A stretch of DNA of 64,000 nt, from the NCBI RefSeq assembly GCF_018977255.1, contig NW_024704742.1, positions 135,596,001 through 135,660,000 on the forward strand, given 5' to 3'. Positions within the stretch are counted from its first letter, which is position 1, and each line of letters starts with the position of its first letter. Under the pieces are notes generated by a model. It had not been told where the DNA came from and ran no database searches. It saw only the letters and a program-made list of their open reading frames with translations. Shown here in pieces: positions 51,352-64,000 of the stretch. This stretch comes from Callorhinchus milii (lineage: Eukaryota). Made by a program: the position numbers and the translations under genes.

Positions 51352-52806
51352 CTGCAGGAGTGACGTTAACACTAGGATTAATCAACACTGAGGTTTGTAC
51401 ATCTGAGTCTCCACTGGCTCCCAATCACCGAACAGATCTATTTCAAGATCCTCACACTCGTCTTCAAACATCTCCCTGTCTCTCCGACCTGCTCACTCCC
51501 CACTCCACGACTCCTGGCCTCCTCTTGGCGAGCTCCGGCCTCCTGCTTGTCCCTCGTGCCCTCCATTCGCTGTCGCTGTTTCAGCCTCTACGTTCCGAAG
51601 CTCTGGAACACTCTTCCTCAAACCCTCTGCCTAGCCCCCTGCAATCTCCAAAACGTGCCTGAAGGCTTTTCTCTTCGACCATGCTTACGGTCCCCACCCC
51701 TGACTCCTGGTTAGGCTCCGTTACTGTGAAGCACTCTGAGACGCTATCCTGCTTGAGGGACACTATATAAATGCAAGTCAAGGATGCATTTGGTCAGAAA
51801 CACATCACGCAAGTTTAAGAGTCTCCAAACCAGACCGAGAATCCTGGAAATCTCCTTGTGTCTGGAATGCAGGGCTCACTCACTCTCTCTCTCTCTCTCT
51901 GTCTCTTTCTCTGTCCGCCACCTACCCCAGAGGGATGCCCTCTGCTCACCTATTTCCCAGAAGTATTAAGCATAAGTTGGTAATATAATAATAATCCTCG
52001 CATTTATCGTGCCTTATCACCTCGTTGAGATGTCTCAAAGCTCTTCACAGGATATATTGTAAAGTGCACATTTTATGGGTGAAACGCAGCAGCCAATTGC
52101 GCACAGCAGAGTTCCACAAATTTTGCCCAGGAAAGCGATCTGCCAATCGACTAACAACTGGGTTCCTACTTACTGTTAGGTAAACAGAGGAGTGTGGAGT
52201 AAGAAAACTTACAGCTCGGGTCTGTAACTCTGACTCTGGGACATCTTCACAAATGCAATTTTGTTGTTGTTGTTGCCAAAGGTTTCGCCCCTTCTGGGTA
52301 TCGAACCCTGGTCCTCTCACTTGCGAAGCGAGTGCTCTAACTGTGAGTGCTCTACGTCTTTCGCTACTGGACTTTAGATATCTCTCTAGTTCTCTCTTGA
52401 AAATTAATATGGACTCTCCCTCGACCACTGCTTCCTAATAACTGTTTTTCTAAAAAAAACTCATTGCTCCTTTTGCTAATTATCTCAAGTCACTGACACA
52501 CCGACCAGGAGAAATAATTTCCCCTCCTCCTCTATCCAAATCCCTCATCATTATATATATGCACCAGGTCTCCTAACAGCCTTCTCTGTTCCAGTGAATA
52601 TACAGTATTGCAAATTTGTATTATGTTGTAAAATAAGCCCATTTCCTTCTCATGGGCCATAAATGAGCAATCAGATTGCAATTGTACATATAATAACATT
52701 AATGAGGGGTCTAATTAGGTGTTTTAAAATAAGAAAACAAATATTGGCAGGACTCAGAGCGCCGGGAGATAAATACAATTACATTATTTGTGTTTTGCTT
52801 TTTTTC

Positions 52807-53240
52807 TAGAATCATAGAATCCTACAACACAGAAGGAGGCCATTCAGCCCATCGTACCTGTGCTGGCTCTTTGAAAGAGCGACACAACTAGTCCCATCAC
52901 CCGCTCTTACTCCATTAACCCTGCAAAATTTTTTTCAAGTAGTTTTCCGATTCCCTTTTGAAAGCTATTATTATTGAATCTGTTTCCACCACCTTTTCAG
53001 ACAGTGCATTCCAGACCGTAACAACTCGAAAAATACTGAATGTAAAAGAATTCTTCTCCCCTTCCCCTCTGGTTATGTCAGAATTATCCTAAATCTGGGT
53101 CCATCGCTTACTAACCCACCAGAGGAAACTGTTTCTCCTGATTTCCTCTTATCAAAACCAATCATAATTTTGAACACCTCTATTAAATCTCCTCTTAACC
53201 TTCTCTGCTCTAAGGAGAACAATTCTTGCTTTTCTAGTCT
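52807..53240 (-). mobile_element. CR1-like LINE 3' end
   Basis: (tagaatca) tail, acagaaggaggccattc motif and an LEQRRLRGDLIEVF-like segment. Related ends at ~35720-35920, ~45025-45290 and ~17065-17190. Confidence 0.75.
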
Positions 53241-53534
53241 CTAGCTCAGTGGTTAGAGCACTCGCTTTGCAAGAGAGAGACCTGAGTTCAATTCCAGGCA
53301 GAGGGCGAAACCTTGGGCAAGTTTCCTTACTCCACACAGAGCCTAATAATAATCCCTCCAAAACCAAAAACAATAATAAATTGGTCATTTTCAATCCACG
53401 ACTGTTTGTGGGACATTGCTGTGCGCAATTGGCTGCCGCGTTCGCCCACAAATATACCGTCAATTCACTTTACAGTATATTCTGTGAAGCGCTTTGGGAC
53501 GTCTGGAAGACATGAAAAGCGCTATATCAAATGC

Positions 53535-54357
53535 AACAACAACAACAACAACAACAAGATTCCATTTATAGAGCGCCTTTCACGTCAGGAGGACGTCCCA
53601 AGGCGCTGCACAGTTGGGTCATGACCGACAAGGGGGAAATGGTCAGGGTGAGGGGAGGGAAGGGAGGGAGCAAGGAGGGGTAGAGAGTCGAGAGGGGAGC
53701 TGAAGGCACGGTCAAAGAGAAAGGTTTTTGAGACCGGCCTTGAAGGAGGAAAGGGAGGAAGCAAGGCGAAGGCACTGGGGGATGGAGTTCCAGAGCCTGG
53801 GGCTGAGAGGCTGAAGTCCCGACCACCGATAGTAGGGCGGTTGGGGCGGGGGACGTGGAGCAGACCGGAGCCAGAGGAACGGAGGGTACGGGCAGGTAGG
53901 TAGGGGATAGTAGGTTGGAGAGGTAGGAGGGAGCAAGGCCGTGAATGGCCTTGTAGGTGAGGATGAGGATCTTGAAATCAATCCTCTGGGGGATGGGGAG
54001 CCAGTGGAGGCGACGAGGGTGGGAGTGATGTGGTCCCGAAGCCTGGTGCGGGACAGTACACGAGCTGCAGAGTTCTGAATGACCTGCAGTGTGGAGGGAG
54101 GTGCCGGGAAGGCCGGCGAGGAGAGAGTTCCCATAGTCCAGCCTTGAGGTGACAAAGGCGTGAACCAGGGTTTCAGCAGCGTGAGGGGTGAGGTAGTGCC
54201 GTAATCTGGCGATATTCCGGAGGTGATGGAAGGCGGTGCCAGTTGTGGTGCGGATGTGAGGGAGAAAGGACAGCTCAGGGTCGAACAAAACGCCGAGGTT
54301 CCTGACTGGCTTTGAGAGGTGGAGAGTGCAGCCTTGGATGCTGATGGTGTCATCAGC
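53535..54357 (-). mobile_element. L2 LINE 3' portion, relatively well preserved
   Basis: FDPELSFLPHI..AFHHLRNIARLRHYLTPHAAETLVHAFVTSRLDYGNSLL...LHWLPIPQRIDFKILILTYKAIHGLAPSYLS, plus tail and (TTG)n. Confidence 0.93.
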
Positions 54358-55553
54358 AATGCAAGGATTATTATTATTAATAAAGTCTCTTCATCCATGG
54401 TACCATCCTAGTAAGTCTCCTTAAACCCTCTCCAAGGCTCTGAAATCCTTCCTACAGTGTGGTGCCCAGAATTGGACACAGTAGCTGAGACTTAATCACT
54501 GAGTTGTAAACACATTCATCTTCATTTCATCTTTACGGCAGGAATGAGGTTAACAGGAAGCGTTCTGAATCATAACAATAATTATGGTTACATTTGATAC
54601 GGCGCCATTCATGTCGGAGCAGGTCTTCACAGAGTTTATTATAAAGTGTAGTGACTGTGTTTTGTAGGTGAACGTAACAGCTAATTTACGTTCGTCAATG
54701 TCCCGTAAACACCCATGAAGAGAATGATCAATTTTATCTGGGGATTGTTGGCCAGGAAACCGGGAGCGAGAAACTCCCTACTCTTTTTAAATAGTGCCAG
54801 AGGATCGTTAACATCCACCTGAACAGGCAAACAGGAGTACTTGGTTGAATGTCTCATGTAAAAGTACAGCACCCCCTGCAATGCAGAACCACTCCCCCAC
54901 CCCACCCTCCCACCCCCACTGCACTGAAGTGTCAGCCAAGACTGTGAGCTCTGAATTGAGACTATAATAATAATATTGATAATAATAATAATCCTTGTAA
55001 TTGGTGTAATGCCTTATCACGTTGTCAAGACTTCTCAAAGCGCTTCACAGGATATACTGTCAAGTGGATTGACGGTATATTTTGTGGCAGCCAATTTTGA
55101 TTATTATTGGATTATACCCACAAATAGCCATGGAGTTAGAAAATACATATTCTTTTTTTAAAAATTGTCTGGGCTGGACTCCGGGAAAGACTCGCTTCTC
55201 TTTTCAAATAGTGCTATAGGATCTTTAACATCCATCTTAACAGGCAGATGGAACCTCGGCTTAACGTCTCATCCGAAGGACGGTAGATTTAATCTAGACC
55301 CAGGTGGAATTTCTTCTATGGCCCTATACCTCCCTCTACACCTCACCTCACCTTCCTCTCTATCCGTCTTCAAAACCTATCTTAACACCTACCTCGTCAA
55401 CTGCGCCTATGCCCTGGAGCTTCGGCCTAGACTGGGAGCTCAATGTCCTGACGTGTGGGGCTTGAACCCTACAACCCTTTGCCTCAGAGGCGAGAGTGCT
55501 ACCAATTGAGCCGTGCTGACATCTGGCCAGTCACCAATCTGCCCAGCAATTAC

Positions 55554-55639
55554 CTCTCTTGCCCGGCTGTGTCCCATAGTTGAAGGTGGACTTTGATGTT
55601 TTTGCCGGTTGTATTGTTGGAGCCTCTGACTGGGTAAAC
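55554..55639 (-). CDS. RAB27B: RAB27B coding exon 2 (VYPVRGSNNTTGKNIKVHLQLWDTAGQER)
   Basis: G3 motif WDTAGQE plus the Rab27-specific insert. cctag/gtaatt splice sites, 86 nt. Confidence 0.96.
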
Positions 55640-56557
55640 CTAGGAGAGGACAAACTGGAGTTAGCGATGCTCTGTTGACACTACATTAAGCCGGTGTCTG
55701 ACACTTTGCATTAAGTCACTGCCCACTGTCAGTTAAGTCAGCGTCTGTTACAGTACGTTAAGCCAGTTTCCAATGCATTTCATTTAGCCAGTGTATGGCA
55801 CACTATGTTAAGGCTGTACCCACACTGCCTGAAGCACGGCACCTCCAACAATATATCGCTTCCCCCAGTGCTGCACTGGAGTGTCTACACAGACTGCCTG
55901 TTCAAAGACCCCGATATAGGGGCTTGAACCCGACAACCTTCTGGCTGAGAGGCGATAGTGCCACCGACCGAGCCAGGCTGACACCTGGCTCAGATGACTA
56001 TCATAACTATTATTGCTGGGGGTTGAAACTAATCTTTGCATTTGATACAGTGCCTTATTACATCTTTGAGACGTCTCAAAGCGCTTCACAGAATATACTG
56101 TAAAGTGGAGTGACTCTGTATTTTGTGGGCAAACCACGGCAGCCAATTGCACGCAAACAACCATAAGGTGAATGACTGAATTTTCTCTGCGGGATTGTTG
56201 GCCAGGACACTGGGAGAGAGAAACTCCTTTCTCTTTTCGAATAGCGCCATGGGATCTTTAACGTCCACCTGAACAGGCAGACGGGGCCTCGGTTTAACGT
56301 CTCAGCCGAAGGACGGCACCTCCGACAATGCAACAGTGTCATCTTACACCATGTGATTCCATGTTCTGATGTGGGGCTTGAACCCACAACCTTCTGACTC
56401 AGAGGCGAGAGCACCGGGCTGACTGGTTTGATGGGCAAACAACCTGGCTCGTCACTATTGCTGTCGGTCGCACGGTTTAGCTGCCTGCTGTGTGTGGGGT
56501 GGGGGGAGTGGATTGCAGTGGATTAGGCCGAGCCTCGGAGTCGAGTTGCGCACTCAC

Positions 56558-56710
56558 CAGTCGCTTTTCCCGGAAGTCGATGCCCACTGTGGTGATGAAC
56601 TTGGGGTTGAACTTGTTGTCTGTGTATCTGTACAGGAAGGTGGTCTTTCCCACCCCCGAGTCCCCGAGAGCGAGGAGCTTAATCAGGTAATCATAGTCCC
56701 CATCAGTCAT
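56558..56710 (-). CDS. RAB27B: RAB27B coding exon 1 ([23 protein letters not shown]...FREKRL)
   Basis: P-loop [21 protein letters not shown] is RAB27B-type (RAB27A has MSD...IKFL). Acceptor 19 nt upstream of the ATG (exon top 56729), gtgagt donor. The five exons sum to 657 nt = 218 aa + stop. Confidence 0.97.
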
Positions 56711-59700
56711 AGTGCTAATCTCACTGAACCTGCAGAAGAACAGTGACATTAATCATTATTGTTAAATAATACAGTATATAGTTTGGGACATGATGTGCAA
56801 GTGACTGCCACGATGGTGGACGCAAATTGGATGGACCTTGGTCTCTTTTGTCCAGCAATTCTCATGCTTTTAATTAACAATTATTATAATAATCCTTGCA
56901 TTTGATATAGCACCCTATCATGTCGTTGCGATGTCTCAAAGCGCTTCTCAGGACATATAAAGTGGATTAAAACTGTGTATTTTGTGGGTGAAACGCGGCA
57001 GCCAATTGCGCACAGCAGCGTCTCGCAAACAGTCGTGGATTGAGTGACGAAAGGTGGCCCACAAACAGGTGTAATTATTTATAATAATTATATAATTTAT
57101 ATAAAATAATAAATAATATTGATAAGTATTGATAATTATTTTAGTAACACTAAAAATAATATTGATTATATTATTAATAATAATTATAATCCTTGCATTT
57201 GACATAGAGCCATTTCACATCATCCACATACCTCAAAGACCTACACGATATTTTCTTGTGAAAATTTTTACTTAAAACGGTTGAGAGACAGTTGGTTTTG
57301 TAGGCAAACATGGCAACCAATTTGCACACAGCAATGTTCCACAAACAACCACAAAGTGAATGATTGATTTTTATCGGTGATCGATTCTATTCTGTGATTT
57401 GCATTTTTCCCACAAGATATACAGTCACCACATTTTATAGTATATTCTGTGAAGCACTTTGGGATGTCTAGAAGACGTGATAAGGCGCCATATCAAACGG
57501 AAGGATTATTAATATTATTTATTATTATTACGTCAGGGCCTTGTTACCCCCACTGCGTGGAACTCTCAGACTGGTTTGGATACTCTTATGCATACGGCGC
57601 TGTTTGAAACGAGAAGAGAGTTTCTCTCGGTGTCCTGGCCAACAATCTCCCCAAATAAAATGGGTCACTCAATCCACGGCGCAATTGGCTGCCGCGTTGA
57701 TCAACAGTGTAACAAAGCATCATATCAAATACAAGGATAATTATCATTAATAACAATATAAATCAAATAACTTAAAAATCCTCGCTCGCTCGCTCGCTCA
57801 CTCCTTCACTCGTTCAATCACTCGCTCACTCACTCACTCAGTCACTCCCTCACACACTCACTCACACACTCAGTCACTCACCCATTCACTTGCTCACTAA
57901 ATAAGTAAATAATAATGTGGTCACTTAATCCACGACTGTTTGTGGGACAATGCTGTGCGCAATTGGCTGCCGCCTTTCGCCCATAAAATACACGAGTCAC
58001 TACACTTTGCAGTATATTCTGTGAAGCGCTTTGAGACGTCTCGACGATGTGATAAGGCGCTGTATCAAATGCAAGGATTGTTATTATTCATTATTATCCT
58101 TACACGTATTTGATTTGGCGCCTTACCACGTCGCCAAGACGTCTTCTGGGTCGTAGAGAGCCGTAGAAAATGATCATTTTAGGTCGTAGAAAGTACCTGC
58201 CTTAGTGTGATCGCCCCCTTTAAGAGATGCACAATTATGTTTGACGCTCGCTCCATCTGTGCAACATACCTCTGGAGTTGCAGGAGATGTGCAAGTCTGT
58301 GCCTCCACCGCACTGCAGTCAGTGATGGATTGACTCAGACACGAGGAGCCCAGGCTGCCTGCTTCCCTTCCTCCCTGCCTATCTTCACTGCCTCTGAGTC
58401 ACAGGCTGTGACTCATAGCTCAGTCAGTGCAGTCAGTCACGGATACCATCACATGGGAAAAGCGAAACATGTTCACGTTAGCACCAACGCCAAACCAACC
58501 TTTCCCGAAGCTTAAGCTTTGTCTCCAAAATAATTCACTCCAGTTACAAGTCTACGCGTGGCTGCCTGGCTCAGTCAGCAGCGCTCTCGCCTCTGGGTCA
58601 GATGTTTACGGTTCCTAGACCCCCAACCGCCCCCTCCTCACACACACACATCTACACACACACATCTACACACACACACAAACACACACACACCAAGACT
58701 TGAGCTCACTATCAACATGGAAGCTTCAGTGCCGTTACTGGGGGGAGTGCTGCCTGATTGGAGATGCTGTCCTCCGAATGTGTGGGGGGTGGGGTGTGGG
58801 TTACCTAAAAAATGTAGTCACTCACTCCACGGCTGTTTGTGGGACTCCTGTGCCAACTGGCAGCCGCACTTCGTCCACAAAATACGCTCTAGCCAATCTA
58901 CTTTACATCTCGATGACGTGGAAGGCGCTATGTCAAATGCAAGGATTATTAATATTATTGTTTCAAACAAGGTCCTGTCTGTGCCAACAATCCCCTGGAT
59001 AAACTATACCAGCTGTGTGCGGGACCTTACTGTGCCCAAAACAGCTTCAATGTTTTCCTTCAAATGCCTACAAGAGCATAGCAGTAATAGCAGTAAAACT
59101 TAGATTTGATACAACACCGTTGAAACATCTCCAGTGCTTCCCAGGTACGTCCGTAAAGCGCAGGACATTTTTGGGTGAACACGGCAACCGATTGGCACAC
59201 AGCAACGTCTCACAATAGGTATAATAATCCTTGCATTGGATATAGCGCCTTTTCACATCTTCGAGACGTCTCAAAGAGCTTCACAGAATAGACTGTGAAG
59301 TGAATTGACTGTATATTTGTGGGTGAAATGCAGCAGCCAATTGCGCACAGCAGTGTCCCACAAACAGTCGTGGATTGAGTGACCAAATTATTATTTTTTT
59401 TACTTGAGGGATTATTATCAGGTGTGTGGAGTAAGGAAACTGCCAACATTTTGTCCTGCCAGGACTCGAACACAGGTCTCACATTTGTGAAGCGAATGCT
59501 TTAACCACTGAGCTCCAGGACTCCACATATGAAGTAAATGATTAATTTATTTATTGAATATAATTACACAGAATCGACACCACACAGAAAGGTCCACACA
59601 TACATATACGCTTTTGGACTTGCATACACAGAAATACAGCAACAACTTAAAAATAATAATAATTCTTGCAATTAATGATAATAATCCTTGCATTTGATAT

Positions 59701-62499
59701 AGCGCTTTTCACGTCTTCCAGACGTCTCAGAGCGCTTCACAGAATATGCTGTAAAGTGAATTGACTGTATATTTGTGGGCGAACGCGGCAGCCAATTGCG
59801 CACAGCAATGTCTCACAAACAGTTGTGGATTGAAAATGACCAATTTATTATTGTTTTGTTTTTTAGAGGGATTATCATCAGGCGTGTGGAGTAAGGACTT
59901 GCCCAAGCTTTCGCCCTCTGCCTGGAGTTGAACCCAGGTGTCTCACTTGCAAAGCGAGTGCTCTAACCACTGAACTATAGGACTCCACTTATCAGGTTGT
60001 CGAGATATCTCAAAGCGCTTTTCATGGGTAGCATCTCTGAGCGCTTTAGGTCCATATACACACACTCACACAACATGTATTTAAGAAGAAATTTGCTGCA
60101 TACATAATAATAATCCCTGCACTTGATATAGTGCCTGATCCCGTCGTTGAGACGTCTCAAAGCGTTTCACTGCTGAACGTGTATTTTGCGGGCGGAACGC
60201 GGCAATGTCCCACAAAGAGTGGTGGATTGAGTGACCACGTTTTGTTTAGGGAGGTAAGAAGAGAGAGGTGTGGGAGAGAGGAACAGGAGGGGTGGAGCCT
60301 TATGTGGAGTATAAACACTGACATGGACCAGTTGAGCTGAATGGTGTGTTTCCACGTGGTATCACATAAGATATAGATCTCTGAAGCCAGTAATTTACTC
60401 TAAGCAAATGTTTTGTCTTAAGATGATGCTTGAAAATCCCCACTAATAATGTTGACTACTTGCTGGCTCGTTCACATCTAATCTCAGAGAGAAAGAGACA
60501 CCATATTAACCACTGTTGTCTCCACCGGATTAACACTTCACATGGAAGTGTGACAGCCTGGTCAGATAATAATAATAATAATCCTTGCATTTAACATAGC
60601 GGCTTATCACGTCTTCGAGACGTCTCAAAGCGCTTCACAGAATACATTGTAAAGTGGATTGACCGCATATTTTGTGATCGAAACGCGGCAGCCAATTGCC
60701 CAAAGCGGTGTGGCTAAATTATTATTTTTATTTTGAAGGGATTATTACCCCCGGATCCGCCAATTGACTAATAACTGGGCTCCTACTTACTGCTCGGTGA
60801 ACAGAGACGTGTGGAGTAAGGAAACTTGCCCAACGTTTCGCCCTGCCCGGGAATCGAACCCAGGTCCTCTCGCTTACGAGATAAATGCTCTAACCACTGA
60901 GCCCCAGGACTCCTATACACTGTGGCGCATTCCTCCCAGTGACCCTATTCCGCTTTATGGGAAAGAAAAAAAGGTCACTCAATCGACGACTGTTTGTGGG
61001 ACACTGCTGTGCGCGATTGGCTGCCACGTTTTGCTCACAAAATATACAATTAATCCATTCTACAGTGAAGCGCTTTGAGACACCTCGACGACATGATAAG
61101 ATGCTATATCAAATACAAGGATTGTTATTATTTGATATCGCAAAGGAAGGACTCCTTATCAATACTATTATTATTAATATTATTATGACTGATCTCAGCT
61201 CCTTCTCAAATTACGTTTGATCCCTTCTCTCTCTCTCTCTCTCTCTCTCTTCCCCTCTTTTTCTTTCATTTTCTCTCTGTTTTTCATGTGTACAGCTTGG
61301 CTCTGTCGTTAACCATCTCTCCTCTGAGTCCGAAGGTTGTGAATTCAAGCCTCACGTTAAGACGTTCACAGTCGTTCAAGTTCAGAGTCTAAGCTGAAAC
61401 CCCAATCCAGTGCTGGGGGAGCCCTATATTGTGGAAGGTGCCAGCCTTCGAATGAGACATTAAACTGAGGCCTGTCCTGTTGGACATTAAAGATCCCATG
61501 GCACTACTTCAAAAGAGAAGAGAGCTTCTCTCTCCCGTTGTCTTAACCAACAATCACCCCAGATAAAATTGGTCATTCACCTCATGGCTGTTTGCGGGAC
61601 ATTGCTGTGTGCAAATTGCCTGCCGTGTTTGCCTACAAAATACACACGGACACTACACTTTACAATATCCTAGAAGAGTTTTGAGACATCAAATGTAAGA
61701 GACAGACAGGACCTTAATTTGCAGCACATCCCCTACAATCACACCTGCTGCGATTGTGTGAGCTCAAAGTCCCGCGGTGGGGGCTTGAACCTCCTGATTC
61801 AATGAGAGAGCTCTACCGACTGTGTCTGCCTGACATGGGAGAGTGTTGCATTGTCGGAGGCTGCGTTCTTCGGATGAGACGTTAAGCTGAGGTTCTGTAC
61901 CTCCCCCGCTGTGACCACTCCACCGACCGACCGACCGACAAAAAAAAACCTCACCGCTTCCTACAAGTGGGAAGGGCACTAACACATTATAGGGACGCCC
62001 CACGCACATTCTGTTTTCAGTCAGAACCCATCAAACCAAAACACTATGATTCCCACACACAGTATGGACGGATATTTCCATCCGAATTAAGAGCTCAGAG
62101 GCTCTGTGGCTCAGAGGTAAGGGTCGGGGAACTTTATAGTGTAGTGTGTTGAGGAATCTGCTGGAGTTCAACCAGCAAGTGCTCGCTTGCACTACCCTAC
62201 CCGTAAGGCTGGGCTGTGCTGTCATCAGCAGTGCCCTGGAATACTGCAGACCTGCCTGGCTCAGGAACCAGACTAGAATCTGTCATAGAAGGTGGCCTTG
62301 ATTCCAAAATACCACGGCTAGGCAACTCAGCCCCAAGGAGATCCCTCTCCAATCTGCCTCTTCCCCCCACCCCCCTTCCCAGGATACTCACTTGGTGGTT
62401 TCAAGCAGGATAGCATTACAATAGTCAAGTACTAGTTACACATATACGGGCACACACACAGTGCTCTATTAACATCATAACACTGAATACGTCACACAC

Positions 62500-63760
62500 A
62501 TTCACTCCAATCGGGTTTCCTCGACGCCCACAGCACAGAAACAGCTTTGGTCAAGTGACAAATGATAGTGTACATCTGCGAAGAGTGCTCCCTCTGTCTC
62601 CTCGTCCTCCTTGACCTCTCTGCTGCCTTCTATACCGTTGATCACTCTATTCCTCATCCACCGCTCTCCCCTCACCTCAACCTTCATGGTTCTGTCCTTG
62701 AATGGTTCAGATCGTACCTCTCACACTGTCTACACTTCATCTCCACAGACGGCTTCTCCGTTAGCCCCCGCACCATCTCATGCGACATTCCTCAGGGCTC
62801 TGTCCTTGGTCCCCTCCTCTTCAATATCTATACGTTCCCTCTTGGTGACATCATCTGCAGATGACACCCAGCTTTACCTCTCTGCCTCCACCCTCATAGT
62901 ATGAGAGCTAACTTTCTTCAGCTGAACATCAACAAGACCGAGGCTCTCCTAATCGGCTCCCATCAGTGCCTCCACACCTCAGGCGCTGACAGCATCACCA
63001 TCCATGGTTGCACACTGCACTTGCCTGAGCGAGTCCGGAGCTTTGGCGTCTATCCTTTCAACCCCATATCCTTGCTATGCCCTGCTCTGCCTTCCTCCAC
63101 CTTCAGAACATCGCCCGACTTCGCCACAGTTTCACACCGCAGGCCACCGAGACCCTCATACATGCTTTCATTACATCCAGGATTGACTATGCAAACTCCT
63201 TGCTTGTCGGCTTCCCCAACTCTTCTTTCCATAGGCTGCAGATTATCCAGAAATTTGCAGGCTGTGTCCTCTCCTGCACCAGGATCCATGACCCCGTCAC
63301 CCCCATCCTCGCCCAACTCCACTGGCTTCCCATCACACAGAGGTTACAGTTCAAGATCCTGGACCTCACCTTCAAAATCCTCCACGGCCTCGCTCTCCCC
63401 CTACCTCCGTGACCTCCTAACCCCCTACCAATCTGCCCGTTCCTTCTGCTCAGCCTGCTTCACATCACCCGCCTTTCCCACCCCACCATTGGCTGGCGGG
63501 CCTCCAGCCACTCTGCCCTCACCCTCTGTAACTCCATCCTGCAGTCCCTCTGCCTCGCCCCTGCTCTAGCCTCCTTCAAAACCCATCTCAAGACCCTCCT
63601 CCTTGACCGTGCCTTCAATCATCCTCCTTCACCCCCTGCCCTCCACCTGCCCTGATCCCGACCCCCAACTCTGGTCTGAAACAACTGATTGTCCAGCGTC
63701 TTGGAACATCCTCCCAACGTGAAAACTCTATGCAAATGTAATTGTGTTGGTCTTGTTGTT
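62500..63760 (+). mobile_element. L2 LINE ORF2 (RT) fragment through the 3' end
   Basis: LLVLLDLSAAFYTVDH, WFRSYLS, PQGSVLGPLLFNIY, ADDTQLY, NFLQLNINKTE, HAFITSRIDYANSLL; frameshifted. Confidence 0.93.
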
Positions 63761-64000
63761 TCATACACAACACATACACACGCTCACTGCATACACCACA
63801 TATACACTGACTGCATGCACACGACAATAATAATAATCTTTGCATTTGATATAGCGCCTTATCGATGCCTGTAAGATGCCTCAAAGCACTTCATAGAATG
63901 TACCATAAAGTGAACTGACTGTATATTTTATGGGCGAAACATGGTAGCCAATTGAGCACAATAATATCCCACAAACTGAGTGACCCCTTTTTTTTTGTGG

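Overview
Eukaryotic (vertebrate) genomic DNA. The repeat content (Deu-domain SINEs, L2 and CR1 LINEs) points to a cartilaginous fish, probably a chimaera; this is an inference. The window holds three intron-containing genes in the same relative arrangement as on human chr18q21. (1) The 3' end of TCF4/E2-2 on +: four coding exons including the bHLH exon, an intron 5 nt after the stop, and a ~9.6 kb terminal 3'UTR exon ending near 16,945. (2) A CCDC68 model on +: 9 coding exons, ~377 aa, with an uncertain C-terminus. (3) A complete RAB27B CDS on -: 5 coding exons, 218 aa. Much of the remainder is tRNA-Ala-headed SINEs, DeuSINE-like SINEs, L2/CR1 fragments, simple repeats, a decayed Gypsy-type LTR element and a small pogo/Tigger-like MITE. 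Most ORFs in the supplied track are spurious. The most unusual observation is a 100-bp, 93%-identical INVERTED copy of the TCF4 bHLH coding sequence ~400 bp downstream in the next intron, which could fold back on the exon in the pre-mRNA. The same exon has a candidate distant branch point and an almost pure-C acceptor tract. I found no evidence for a prokaryotic-type system (CRISPR etc.). Comparisons with human sequences are from memory and were not run as searches.
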